In this document: one piece after another, positions 13,494-27,620 of the stretch
Position numbering within the stretch: the first letter of the stretch is position 1
Layout: each line of letters opens with the position of its first letter
Notes under the pieces: generated by a model
Told to the model about the DNA's origin: nothing
The model's input: the letters and a program-made list of their open reading frames with translations, nothing else
The model's database searches: none
Made by a program: the position numbers and the translations under genes
Assembly (NCBI GenBank): GCA_964016885.1
Contig: OZ024749.1
Coordinates: forward strand, 11,346,001 to 11,410,000
Source of the DNA: Eledone cirrhosa
Lineage: Eukaryota
Direction: 5' to 3'
Length of the DNA stretch: 64,000 nt

Positions 13494-13764
13494 TCATCAT
13501 CATCATCATTTTACGTTCGCTTTTCCCTGCTTGCAAGGGTGGGACAGGAACTGATTCTGGCTTGATTTCTACAGCTGGATGCCCTTCCTAACACCAACCT
13601 CCTTTTACAGTGAGTGCTGGGTGCTTTTTTGCCGTGACACCTCCACGACCACTTTGCAGTGGAATGATATGGACCCCAGTCCTATCATCTCATTTCTACA
13701 GCTGAGTAAACTGAAGCAATGTGAAATAAAGTGTCTTGCTCAAGGAAACAACACATCACCCGGC
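13494..13764 (-). mobile_element. 5'-truncated CORE-type SINE
   Basis: Reverse complement of ~655-927. Confidence 0.85.
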
Positions 13765-13969
13765 CATATATATATATATATGTGTATGTGTGTGTATATA
13801 TATGTATACCCTTCTATTAACATACCTTTGCTCATAGCTTCGTACTTACAAGCACACACACTTTTACTTACATAAGCACACCCACACTTTTACTTACATA
13901 AGCACACACACACTTTTACTTACATAAGCACACACACACATATCCTCTTAGCTTCATACAGACGTATAA

Positions 13970-14240
13970 TAACACACATGCGCACAAGTATAGCTCTTTA
14001 TACAAAACGTTTTTTTTTCCATTTCAGGTAGACGTGCACCATAATCCACTTTTCTAAAAAAGTATATCTTACACAAAACGCTGGCATCAACAATTTTCCA
14101 AGAGATGGCAACATGAATGGACCTGTTATTTTTCTCTAAAAACATTTTTGCCAATTCCACCCTGCCCGTCCCCTCAATCTCTCTTATTCCTCATTCTTTC
14201 TTCTGATGAAGGACTAGCGTCCGGAACATTAAGACCCTCT
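13970..14240. mobile_element. PLE remnant: GIY-YIG C-terminal fragment (-) next to a degenerate hammerhead (+, ~14199-14235)
   Basis: ISWKIV...LC on the minus strand; CTGATGA-A-GGAC-TAGC-GTCC-GGAAC (GAAA mutated) on the plus strand. Confidence 0.4.
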
Positions 14241-14327
14241 TCCTGCTATTTCGAGTGTTAAACTAATATATTCCTTCCATATACTGTATCAATTGTGTTG
14301 TTATTTCTGTGTACCTTTTACATATAT

Positions 14328-14748
14328 GATCATCATCATCATTTTATGTCTGCTTTTCCCAGCTTGCAAGGGTGGGACGGGTCCTATTCAGCACAGCATC
14401 TCTCCACTTGTCACAGTCCTTTGTCATCTCCTCCATGAGCTTCAGTGATCTGAGGTCTGCTCTCACCACCTCCACCCATGTTTTTCCTGGTCTTCCTCTA
14501 CTCCGTCTTCCTTTTACTGGGATTTCTTCACACTTCTTTACACAGCGGTCATCCTCCATGCACATCACATGTCCATACCATCGCAATCTTCTCTCCTGCA
14601 CACCACAACTTATCCCTCTTATACACAGTTCCTCTCTCAACTCATCTATGCTTGGTCATTCACGCACATTGACATTGCACATCCAACGGAGCATGCTTGC
14701 TTCATTTCTCTCCAGCCGTCGCATATCCTCTGCAGTTGCTGCCCATGG
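14328..14748 (-). mobile_element. RTE LINE 3' fragment with (ATG)n tail
   Basis: ERRLRWYGHVM, GRRSRGRPGKTW; close homologue of 32993-33365. Confidence 0.9.
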
Positions 14749-14749
14749 G

Positions 14750-17700
14750 TGGTTGTTAATTTCTGAAAGTGCTTCATTATAGGTAGGTGGAGAAAAATTT
14801 ACATTAATGCCAGTGTTTTGAAGTTTGATCCTGCGACAAGTCTTTCTTATAGCTTTCCCAGAGACTCAAGGGATCTGAAATATTGCACGAAGAGCTGTCA
14901 AAGAGCTGTCAAAGCTTTTTAGGCATTTGTGTGGCAGCTGCCTCCTCCAATGTCTTTTTCCAATATTCCCCATCTTCAAGTAGGCCAATTTACATTCTTC
15001 AGCATACATTGTACAGGGAGTTCCATGTTGGCCCTCTAACAGTGTGAAGGAATAACCTCAAATGGAAACATTCCCTATATCAAGGATGGACCGTGTAAAT
15101 TATTCCTATTGCACCACTTGCTTTGATAGCCCTCCACATGATTGCCTATCTTTCGTCTGCTCCATTTCTTTTTATTCCATGTGTAGAATGTGGGAACCTC
15201 ATGATAAAGCAAGGTTTTAGCAAAGGCATCTTCTCCTCAAAGCTTAAAAAAAGCAGTGAGCGTTGTGTCTGGAGCAGACGCAGCAATCAATTGTGCATTT
15301 TCTTCAGTGTAATATACCCTCTGACCATTTTCCAAATGGACTGCAAGGTTCACTACCGCTGGGTGTCTATTGTGTATGTCAAACCAAAGATTCTCCATAT
15401 GGCTTCATTGCTAGAAATATATCTCCCTGTTAGGTATGTTTTAACTTCATTAAATGGGTTATCGCTACCAATAATAAAAGTTGCCATATTTACAAACATA
15501 CTTAATTGATTTTGCTGATGTGCTGTACTCATAATTGATGTGAGCATAAGGATTTTGCAAAGGAGAGGATTGTTACCAGCCTGAACATCTTGACCTCGTG
15601 TCTTAATAATCGCAGTTTTTCCACCACAGTGAGGACTTCTCCGCCTGTATTGATGATATCCATCATCTCCAGTTACTGCTTCTTGTTGAAAAGACCTTTG
15701 GTATCTTTTTTCACATTTGTTACTTCCCATGTACACACACTTAGGGTTGGTACTGCCACATGGACCATGTATCATTTGTTTTGAGATAATGGTAAATAGT
15801 TCTGGGTCTTCATCAGGATCGGGCAATTCGGCGCTTATGATTTTATCAATTTCATCTAAGTGAATGTAGTCTGTACACCAAATTAGCATATGGGAATGAG
15901 GAAGACCTCTTTTCTGCCATTCAATAGTGTAAAGCCAACATCTTATTTCGCCAAAGATTTGTCCATCATTTAGCAGCCACATCAAGATCTGTTTCTCATT
16001 AAAAACTCTGGCAATGATGTCATGACTATTTTTTGCATATTGTTGTTCTAACAGTTCATTTTGAATTTCTGGCCACGTAGGATTGCATGTAAATGTAATG
16101 AAATGATCTGTACAACCAAATTTTTGTACATATGCCATGGCATCTTGTGTGCGCTCAGCTATATAGCGTGGACTGCCTGTGAAGCTAGATGGCAGAATGA
16201 CTGGCTGACCAACACTGGAAGGATTCATTCCATCAGTTATAATGGCGTCTCTCAAATGGATGTATTGTTCTGTTCTAAGTTTAGCTTATTTGTTTTTAGT
16301 GAATGCCAATTGTTCAGCTTCAATCTTGGCATAAACATCAACCATTAATGGGCTTGTAAGTCTTCCCATTCTTAGGATATGGTTAAAGCAATCTCTTAAC
16401 ATGAAGTGAAACAAATAAAAATTTTTGCTACTGACTGATTTATTAGTTGCCCAAAAAGTAAACTTGAAGGAATTTTGGTTCCTCATTAGGCTAGGGGAGT
16501 AAACTGCCAATTAAATGGTAGCATTGTCCTCAGATTTTAAATGTTGTGAAATAACCATAGATAGTATGATCTTTTTCAGACCCAAAGGACGTCATCTGAA
16601 ATGCTGCATTATACCGCATAACATTGCTCCTGAAGTGTTTAGCTTTGTTAGTATGGTCTGTAAGCAGTAGACGAATAACAGGTGGAGGGTCTTGTATCAG
16701 TGGAAATCTGACCTTTCCTCCTAAGCAACACATGCCAAGTGTTTCTCTTTTCCATTTTCTTGCTCCACAACTACTGCATATAATATTCATGCTACCAATC
16801 ACAACATTAGGATCATTTCTATAATTTCTCAATGGATCATATGAAAATGCAGCTCTTAGCCAGTTTATTTTGCCTTGGAAAGTCCTTTGTGTCCGTCATG
16901 TTTACATCACAACTCTCATTGCCCCTCGGTGGTTTTCATATTCAGCCTCAGTTTGTTGCAATCGTCTTTCTTGTCTTAATCTTTGTTTCCCTTCTCGAGT
17001 TCTGTTCACTTTCAGAAAGTTGTAATTGTCTTTCTTGTTGTCTTAATCTTTCTGTTTGCTGTCTCTGAGGTTCTCTTTCACTTGAAAGATTTCAATCGTT
17101 TGGTGGACATTGTAACTACATCTATAGATGAGCGGCGTTGTAACTACACCAATAGATGAGTGACATTGTAACTACACCAATAGATGACTGACATTGTAAC
17201 TACACCAATAGATGAGCGGCGTTGTAACTACACCAATAGATGAGCGACATTGTAACTACACCAATAGATGAGTGACATTGTAACTACACCAATAGATGAG
17301 TGACATTGTAACTACACCAATAGATGACTGACATTGTAACTACACCAATAGATGAGCGGCGTTGTAACTACACCAATAGATGAGCGACATTGTAACTACA
17401 CCAATAGATGAGTGGCATTGTAACTACACCAATAGATGAGTGACATTGTAACTACACCAATAGATGAGTGACATTGTAACTACACCAATAGATGAGTGAC
17501 ATTGTAACTACACCAATAGATGAGTGGCATTGTAACTACACCTATAGATGAGTGGCATTGTAACTACACCAATAGATGAGTGACATTGTAACTACACCAA
17601 TAGATGAGTGGCATTGTAACTACACCAATAGATGAGTGACATTGTAACTACACCAATAGATGAGTGGCATTGTAACTACACCAATAGATGAGTGGCATTG

Positions 17701-20700
17701 TAACTACACCAATAGATGAGTGACATTGTAACTACACCAATAGATGAGTGGCATTGTAACTACACCAATAGATGAGTGACATTGTAACTACACCAATAGA
17801 TGAGTGACATTGTAACTACACCAATAGATGAGTGGCATTGTAACTACACCTATAGATGAGTGGCATTGTAACTACACCAATAGATGAGTGACATTGTAAC
17901 TACACCAATAGATGAGTGGCGTTGTAACTACACCTATAGATGAGTGACATTGTAACTACACCAATAGATGAGCGGCGTTGTAACTACACCAATAGATGAG
18001 TGGCATTGTAACTACACCAATAGATGAGCGACATTGTAACTACACCAATAGATGAGTGACATTGTAACTACACCAATAGATGAGCGGCGTTGTAACTACA
18101 CCAATAGATGAGTGGCATTGTAACTACACCAATAGATGACTGACATTGTAACTACACCAATAGATGAGCGGCGTTGTAACTACACCAATAGATGAGTGGC
18201 ATTGTAACTACACCAATAGATGACTGACATTGTAACTACACCAATAGATGAGTGGCATTGTAACTACACCAATAGATGAGTGGCATTGTAACTACACCTA
18301 TAGATGAGTGGCATTGTAACTACACCTATAGATGAGTGGCATTGTAACTACACCAATAGATGAGTGACATTATAACTACACCAATAGATGAGTGACATTG
18401 TAACTACACCAATAGATGTGTGACATTGTAACTACACCAATAGATGAGTGGCATTGTAACTACACCAATAGATGAGTGACATTGTAACTACACCAATAGA
18501 TGAGTGACATTGTAACTACACCAATAGATGAGTGACATTGTAACTACACCAATAGATGTGTGACATTGTAACTACACCAATAGATGAGTGGCATTGTAAC
18601 TACACCAATAGATGAGTGACATTATAACTACACCAATAGATGAGTGACATTGTAACTACACCAATAGATGTGTGACATTGTAACTACACCAATAGATGAG
18701 TGGCATTGTAACTACACCTATAGATGAGTGGCATTGTAACTACACCTATAGATGAGTGACATTGTAACTACACCAATAGATGAGTGGCATTGTAACTACA
18801 CCAATAGATGAGTGACATTGTAACTACACCAATAGATGAGTGGCATTGTAACTACACCAATAGATGAGTGGCATTGTAACTACACCAATAGATGAGTGAC
18901 ATTGTAACTACACCAATAGATGAGTGGCATTGTAACTACACCAATAGATGAGTGACATTGTAACTACACCAATAGATGAGTGACATTGTAACTACACCAA
19001 CAGATGAGTGGCATTGTAACTACACCTATAGATGAGTGGCATTGTAACTACACCAATAGATGAGTGACATTGTAACTACACCAATAGATGAGTGGCGTTG
19101 TAACTACACCTATAGATGAGTGACATTGTAACTACACCAATAGATGAGTGGCATTGTAACTACACCAATAGATGAGTGGCATTGTAACTACACCAATAGA
19201 TGAGTGACATTGTAACTACACCAATAGATGAGTGGCATTGTAACTACACCAATAGATGAGTGACATTGTAACTACACCAATAGATGAGTGGCATTGTAAC
19301 TACACCAATAGATGAGTGACATTGTAACTACACCAATAGATGAGTGACATTGTAACTACACCAACAGATGAGTGGCATTGTAACTACACCTATAGATGAG
19401 TGGCATTGTAACTACACCAATAGATGAGTGACATTGTAACTACACCAATAGATGAGTGGCGTTGTAACTACACCTATAGATGAGTGACATTGTAACTACA
19501 CCAATAGATGAGTGGCATTGTAACTACACCAATAGATGAGTGGCATTGTAACTACACCAATAGATGAGTGACATTGTAACTACACCAATAGATGAGTGGC
19601 ATTGTAACTACTTCAATAGATGAGTGACATTGTAACTACACCAATAGATGAGTGGCATTGTAACTACACCAATAGATGAGTGACATTGTAACTACACCAA
19701 TAGATGAGTGGCGTTGTAACTACACCTATAGATGAGTGACATTGTAACTACACCAATAGATGAGCGGCGTTGTAACTACACCAATAGATGAGTGGCATTG
19801 TAACTACACCAATAGATGAGCGACATTGTAACTACACCAATAGATGAGTGACATTGTAACTACACCAATAGATGAGTGGCATTGTAACTACACCAATAGA
19901 TGAGTGACATTGTAACTACACCAATAGATGAGTGACATTGTAACTACACCAATAGATGAGCGGCGTTGTAACTACACCAATAGATGAGTGGCATTGTAAC
20001 TACACCAATAGATGACTGACATTGTAACTACACCAATAGATGAGTGACATTGTAACTACACCAATAGATGAGTGACGTTGTAACTACACCAATAGATGAG
20101 TGGCATTGTAACTACACCAATAGATGAGTGACATTGTAACTACACCAATAGATGAGTGACATTGTAACTACACCAATAGATGAGTGACATTGTAACTACA
20201 CCAATAGATGAGCGGCGTTTTTGTGACATGATGAAATCAATTTTCTTGGAAAATATTGTGAAAAAAAACAAACAATACAAAGCAATATAAAAAATAGAAA
20301 TAAATAGAAATGCAAATCGCAGCTTTAGAGAATAGGTTGACACTCTGTCATCTGAATTAGGTCAATTATAATATGACACTCCTCAAAAAAGCTAAATTCA
20401 TATACACCGTAGTTTAATTTCAAATAGTATCAATTTTTTCTGTGTTCTGTAAAATAGGTTTGTGTTGTAGTTAGTATCACTTAACTTTCAATGACTGGTA
20501 TAACGACAAACCTATTGATACTTTGATTTATTGTGGGACACCACACACACACACACAAATATTCACTGACGCATTTAGAGACGCTGGCCACGAAACAAGG
20601 GACGCGCAGATCTCCCTCTCCGTCTCTGTCTCTGTCTGTAAACCAGCGTTATGTCCATTCTCTCCCTCTCTCTATTTGAATATCTAAGACTTTAATTGTA

Positions 20701-20836
20701 CCTCTCTGTATAACAGCCTATCTCACTCTCTCTCTCTCTCCTTCTTGTCTCTCTCTCTTTAGATGTGTGTGTGTGTAATTTTCGTGTGATTAAACCAACC
20801 AACCAAGAAACATCTCTTTTTTATATTATATATAGA
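14750..20836 (-). mobile_element. Helitron 5' half (Rep/HUH pseudogene) containing a 28-bp satellite
   Basis: ILPSSFTGSPRY, QDAMA, FITFTCNP.W, IEWQKRGLPHSH (HUH), MIHGPCG, GRYISSNEA.WRIF; Zn-binding C..CGARKW..E....CC.GGK; probable 5' TC start at 20836. Confidence 0.88.
17106..20219. repeat. 28-bp minisatellite (TGACATTGTAACTACACCAATAGATGAG), about 111 copies
   Basis: Exact 28-bp periodicity; rare variants recur at 252-bp and 364-bp spacing. Confidence 0.97.
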
Positions 20837-20869
20837 TATAGTTATATATATATATATATATATATTTAT

Positions 20870-21426
20870 TATAAGAACAGATTAAAGTTTAAGCAAAGAA
20901 TAGCTGCTTTCACCCTTAACAGGATTTTCTGAAATTAAAAAAAAATCAATCTGTGAATGCAGAAGTAACTATTTCGAAAAACGTTACACACTATATATAT
21001 ATATACACACACTATATATACATATATACACACACACACACACACACAGCGTCATAATGTCGTAATGCTGACAGCCAAACATACAGACAGATATTATAAG
21101 GGCGCAACGTTAAATCTATGTATCTATCTAAAAAGAAAGACTAAGAATTATAGAGAGAGATCGCTTAATCACCTAATGCGGTACCTAGGACATTGAAAAT
21201 TTGAAATATTTTTTTCTCAAAACACTCACAGGACCATAAGTATTACATGTGTAAAGTTTTAAAACAATCGGTTGGGTGGTTCTTGAGTTTTAGGGAACTG
21301 ACAGAGAGACAGACAGCAGACAGACATTCTCTGTTTTAGATAAAAAGACTAGCAGAAAACCGCCCACAGGGTGGTTTTCTGCTAGTATATATATATATTA
21401 CACACACAGAAATGTATATATATTTC

Positions 21427-21493
<67 letters not shown>

Positions 21494-21519
21494 CACACAC
21501 AGAAATGTGTATATATTTC

Positions 21520-21550
<31 letters not shown>

Positions 21551-23300
21551 TACACACAAAGAAATGTGTATATATTTCTGTGTATATATATATATTTCTG
21601 TGTGTGTGTATATATATATATTACACACACACAGAAATGTATATATGTTTCTGTAGCACTCCTCAATTCCCCCCCCCCCACTATCCCTCTCTTGTAGTCT
21701 GTCTCTTTCTTTCACTCTCTCTCTACGCATACGCAAAAAACATTCGCACGCGCGTACGTGTTTTAGCGTCTTTTCACTCTCTCTCTCTCTCCCTCCCGCT
21801 ATCCCCCTCTCGTAGTCTGTCACTTTCTTTCACTCTCACTCTCTCTCTACGCGTGCGCAAAAAACATTCGCACGCGCGCATGTGTTTCCACTGTCGGACA
21901 GACAGACAGAGAAATTGCTGGTTATATATTATAAGGAGATATATCTATATAATTATATATTCGTGTACAGATATTTTTGCATACACAATAACAAAATATA
22001 AACAAACGTATTTATTTCACGAGGCTCGATAAGGATAAATATATATCAAATATATAAGAACCCTATATCAATTCCCGAACAACGCTTGGCCATTTTGCTA
22101 CTATATGGGTCGTCATGTATGAAATTTGTAGAAAAAAACAATTTCATATATATTTTGGGTCGTCATGTATGAATGAAATTTGTAGAAAAAAACAATTTCA
22201 TACCTGACGACCCAAAATATATATATATATGACACAGGAGAGATATTTGGCGTTATCTATATATATAAAACTGATATTGTCTGTGTGTCCTCATTTTTGC
22301 AAAGTCTAAAATCCACATTTCTACTCCGATTGACTTCAAACTTACAATTATATATTCCATGCGGTCTAAAGATATTAACTGCAGCTTTTATTTTTCAATT
22401 TTCTGTTGTTAAAGGGGTGTTAGGTGCCAGTTATCCATCTCCATCGTGCTCTTATAATATCTGTCTGTATGCCTGGCTGTCTGCATTACGACATTCTGAC
22501 AAACATTGATGACGTATTATGTTCGCTATTTTCCGTTTATTACCAGGGAACACGAACCAAAGTATCGTCTTCCTGTTTTCCTTCGGTTGCAACGTTTTTC
22601 GAAATATTTACTTCTGCGTTCACAGATTGATGTTTTTAGTTTCAGAAGATCCTGTTAAGGATGAAAGCAACGATTCTTTGCTTAAACTTTAATCTGTTAT
22701 TTTAATCTATATATGTATATATATAAAACTGAGGAGGGATATACGTATGTATGTATGTATGTGTATGTGTGTGTGTGTGAAACCCGAGAAGTACCCAACC
22801 AATCTTTTTCAAACTTTACATGTGTATTACTTATATTTCAGGGAGTGTTATGCACATTAAAAAAATTGAACATTTTGATCCCCTAGGGCCCGCATTAGGT
22901 GAAAAACTGCATTTTTTCCAGCTTTTTAGGGGCTTTTTGAGGCGTTACGTCAGACTGATTTCCTTGAAATTGTAACTATGTATTAGTCAGTATTAGTCAG
23001 ATATTTTGATCCTTCGTCTTTTTCTACTGTTGTGGAAAGCATGGTAAATTTCATTCAGCCACCATTCCCACGAGGAGTGGCTGTGTGAAAAACGAATGCC
23101 CCACAAAACATCACAGTGAATGCCATCATCAAAATCTCTCACAAATGATTCCTAGAGGTAGCCAAACCTATAAATCTATCTTCGCTAAAAACATTGTAAA
23201 TACTGAAGTACTGCAAATGTTTTATAATTTTCGTAGAATACATTTTTCTATTCTTTTCTTCATTACTTTCTGTATCTAGATATTCTAACTAACCATAACC
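20870..23300. mobile_element. Cluster of non-autonomous Helitron-like fragments and (AT)/(CA) microsatellites
   Basis: A|TCTATATAT starts at ~22256 and ~22705; CTAG-ended hairpin at 21349-21384; inverted ~115-bp copies at 20875-20987 and 22588-22698. Confidence 0.5.
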
Positions 23301-23459
23301 TTTAATATGACTTTGGTAGAGCAGGGAAAATGTTAAATAGACATCAGTAGGAATTTCAATCCCAAAATAAGCATTCTAGCTATAGTAGTGGTGATCCAAA
23401 AATTTGTACACCGATGTATATGTATAGGTATATGTATATATACATTATTATAAAACCCC

Positions 23460-23604
23460 AGCATAGTTTCGGCCCTTTGCGGTCTGAGTTCAAATCCCGC
23501 CGAGATTAACTTTGCCTTTCATCCTTACGGGGTCGATAAAATAAAGTACCAGTAATGCACTGGGTAATTGCTGGCCTTGTGCCAAAAGTAGAAACAATTA
23601 TTAT
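23460..23604 (+). mobile_element. Second SINE family with (ATT) tail
   Basis: B-box-like GAGTTCAAATCC then TTTGCCTTTCATCCTTACGGGGTCGATAAAATAAAGTACC; related pieces at ~1750, 2030-2220, 11520-11650, 49965-50035(-), 50762-50870, 60740-61021 and 63668-63785. Confidence 0.7.
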
Positions 23605-24643
23605 AAAACCCCACTCGATTTTTTCGTGTGATATCAGCTAATCTAGATGATGACAATCAACTTTTTGACCCGGAGAATGAAGGGGTGACGTGGGTCCGCT
23701 CCCTTACAGTTTTTCCTGCGATTTTTTTCGCATGTTATCAATGAATCCAAACTAGTCGAAACCGGCTATATTTGTAGAAAAGGGGAGGTGGGGTTAAAAG
23801 ACCATTTGAGTTTCACAGATCTACACACCCTTCATGTTTGGTCGGAAATAATTATCTTTCCTTGTTTGTTTTTTCCTGGACCTCTTAGATGCTTGCAATC
23901 GACGCTTTTTCCAGAATTAGGATTAAGGTTAGGTTTAGGTTTAGATATGTTTCTTTATTAGCCAGATAGATAGATAGATTTCTTTATTTGCCACAAGGGC
24001 GCACAAGAAAAGGGGACAAAACAAAGACATGCCGGGGATTTTACATACAATCGTGTAAAAAAAAAATAAAACAAATAATTATAACAGTCGAAATCCCCAC
24101 TGGGTTGTTTAATACCCAGTCGATAGAACAACCCTCAACTTCAGGAGCGTGTTGTGCATGTGCTCCTTTCTTGCTTTTTTTCTTTAACCTACAGGTTTAT
24201 ATACAGAGAAGGTCCAATCACTCGCGGATAGATAGCCTTGCTAAGCACGCAAGACGAAAACGCTTGGCACCGCGGTCGGGATTTTACATATTTCTGTATA
24301 TCGGAAAATCAAATTGTCTATCCACACGAAATCGTTTTTCTCACTATTTAACGTATTAGTGTCGACTCAAATTTCCTTGAGTTGATATCTTAATGATACT
24401 GACTTATTAAATTATTGAGTGAATGGGAACACAACCAAAGGTGTATTAGTCCCATTCGACAGCTTCGTTTCGCACACACACAATATATATGTGTGTGTGT
24501 GTGCGAAAAGTAAACGGAAAACAACACACCGAACGATATAGTGCAATGAAGATATATATTAGTTTAATCCTTATATCTATGTATACATATAAAAAATACA
24601 TGTGTGTGTACATACATATACACGCATACAGACACAAACACGT

Positions 24644-24708
<65 letters not shown>

Positions 24709-27343
24709 CGTCGTGTTACATACGGTAGCATTTCTCAATTGCAGAAACTCAATTATGAAAGATAAAATAAAACGATCACAGGGAGTGAACTGGGAAAAAG
24801 CTTATTTTTCTCAGCTTTATTATTAGACATTCTTTTGGAGCAGTACTACTGATAACTGAATAGAAGTCAAACGGCTGTTGTAAAAATATCAATCAGTACA
24901 TAGGAGGTTGTTGCTTGAAGGGATAGATGGAGAGAGAGTGGGAGAGTAAGGAGGGGAGAGACACAGAGACAGAACGAGAGAGGGGAGAAAACGAGAGGAC
25001 TGAAGGCAGGAGAGGGAACGAGAGACGTAAGAGTTACAGGAAAATTCCATAGAAGTATGTTTTAAGGAAAATGCGATTGTGGACGAAAAGGAGACACAAA
25101 AATATATATTGTGTGTGAAGCAAATCCGTCACCTAATCTTGTGTTTGGGAGAGAGCAGCCTGGCATCAAGCTTTCTGGTGAGTCTTCAGAACATTGTAGG
25201 TGGCCGGTCACTCTCGCATTTATAGGAAAGATTGAGGTACCATCCAGTGACCCCCTCCACACACCCTTGGAAGTGGAAAATACACGCGGATAAAAAAAAA
25301 AAAACACCTAGATAAAACAGTGACAAAAAGGTTGCTTAATTACATTGCACAGAATTAATTGTAGTATATGTCACTTGAACGTGCATTAAAAGAAACAATA
25401 TATAAGGTAAAACAGGTATATACTCAAATATCGCAGCTTTTGTGTAACAATATTAGGAATATCCCACGTTTCTGTAGCTGGAAAATATATATTCAACGTG
25501 GATTTGAAATAAAATTCAACTCATATATAAAACAGAACTCGACTTCTTCGTGGAATTAATCACTGGCAAAATATTGGTTTAAATTAAATTTGCAAATGAC
25601 TTACATAAGTTAGTGTATTCTAAAATGTTGCTAGTTTTGCAACGCTCAGCAATATTTTATTAAATAAACCACTTTCACTCACCCCGCCACACCTATAGAC
25701 TGTTATATTCATTTATTAAACTATTTCATCAGCAATACACTTAATAAATGGATGGAGGGAAGAGAAGAAACATTTAAAAACGGCTGAGGAAGAGAACCCG
25801 TTTAGAAACTGCTAAAATCTGGCAATAATTTTAAAGTATTTTATTGTATATATATATATATACATTATACACAGAGAGAGAAATTGGAAGGTGGATGAGA
25901 AAACTAAATTAATTTCAATAATTAAATTTGTTTTAATTAATTTTCTGCCTTTATTTTCAAACAGAATGGGGGATTAAATATATATCGTATATTCAAAAAT
26001 TATTTACTTACAAATTTAGAAGGAATATTCTTTAACTTATTTTAGTCTGCGATGTGTATGTACTGTACATATGTTTGAGCTGTTTGTTATCTTACGGAAT
26101 TTACTTAAAGGATGGTTGGCATGTATTATTGAAATTAAATACAGGAAAACAAAAACTATAAATTCGCAGATTGTCTTTCTCTCTCGTTCTGTATTTCTCT
26201 ATCAATCCTTTCCTCACATCCTAGCAGAAAGGAGATTAAATATATATTGAAAAAATATTTACTTACAAATTTAGAATGAATACTATATAAATCTATACTC
26301 TCGTCCTTGTTTGATTTCCTCGCTTTTTTAGTTTTTTCTTAATGTGTATGTTTGTATGTTTGAGTTACTTTTTATGTTAGCGGTTGATGTGTTGTAAAAC
26401 TAATTAGAAAAACTAATATCTTTCTTTCTTTCTTTCTTTCTCTGTTTGTCTATGCATCTCCGTATTTCTCTATCCTTTACTATATATATATATATACAAC
26501 TATACATATAAATATACATACATATAACTATTCATTCAATCCCTTCCTCGCATGTGTTAAAAGTGGGCGAGTTGTATTGACCAATCAGAAAGGAGGATAG
26601 TGCCAACCTCCAGCTACCACGTTTCTCATTTCATTTACATTGTTTTGCCTTCAAGACCACGTTGAGGTCACATTGTTTATCCGTAGAATAAATATATTTA
26701 TATATTATACACAAACACACATATATATAGAACCAGATAAAACACTTGTGTATAAATATATACTGACTATTTGCAACACTAACTTCCAGAAACCTGCCAA
26801 CCACCTAATAACCTATAAATCTGGTGAGCACATAAGCCAGATTGACTTCCTGCTAGTTAGGCAGCGGGACAGGCAGATAGTGTCAAATACCAAGGCATAC
26901 CCTGGGGAAGAATGTACCCCACAGCATAGGTTAGTCGTTAGTGATATCTCAGTAAGCAAGAAATGGAATGAGACATACAGGAAGGTGTGGAGAAGAAAGG
27001 TCTGGAAGCTAAAAGACCTTTCACTAAAATACAAATTTAGGAAAGCCCTTCAAGATGTGTATGACGAAAAAGAAGACGATTTAGAGACGTATGACAGATA
27101 ATAACTGGAATTTCTTACGTGACAACTTACTGCAGGCTACTGATGAAACTTTTGGCTGGAGCAGAACTCCAACCAGACAGAGAGTGACCTAGTGATGGAA
27201 CAGCACAGAAGATAAGGCCATTAGAGACAAAAGACTAGCATGGAAGGCTTGGAAAAAGGGTGGGAGTAGAGAAGGATATACAGCCGCTAAGAGAGAAGCT
27301 AGACGTCAGGTGTACTTAGCACGCAGGGAGGCTGAGAGTAGGA

Positions 27344-27607
27344 TGTGGTTAGAAAAAGCTATCTCACTTACCGCTTTTCACAGGCGCCGCTAAATTCCAC
27401 TGCAGGTACTCCTCTTCCACGTGCGTCCGACTGCTTAAAACCGGGAGCTGCCCAAAACGCGTCCTCACCGTATGCTGGTCACCACTAGAGAGAGACCCTC
27501 TCCTGGCCCTTCCGGTCAAAGACCCCTTCCGGTCGAGCACTCAAAAACCCCTTCCGGTCGAGCACTCCCCCCCGCCCCCGGCCACCGCACGCCACACCAT
27601 ACCCACA
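27344..27607 (-). repeat. 3' LTR
   Basis: Near-identical to 31248-31499 apart from small indels in the internal CCCCTTCCGGTC subrepeats. Confidence 0.95.
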
Positions 27608-27620
27608 CGCCCCCCTGATC

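Noticed and set aside
2449-20219. CRISPR-like appearance of the 28-bp and 29-bp arrays
   Set aside because: The units are head-to-tail with no unique spacers, there are no cas genes, and the context is eukaryotic.
24900-25310. Possible host promoter or first exon (GA-rich tract, GGTGAGT donor-like motif)
   Set aside because: There is no recognisable coding partner or independent evidence, and such motifs arise by chance.
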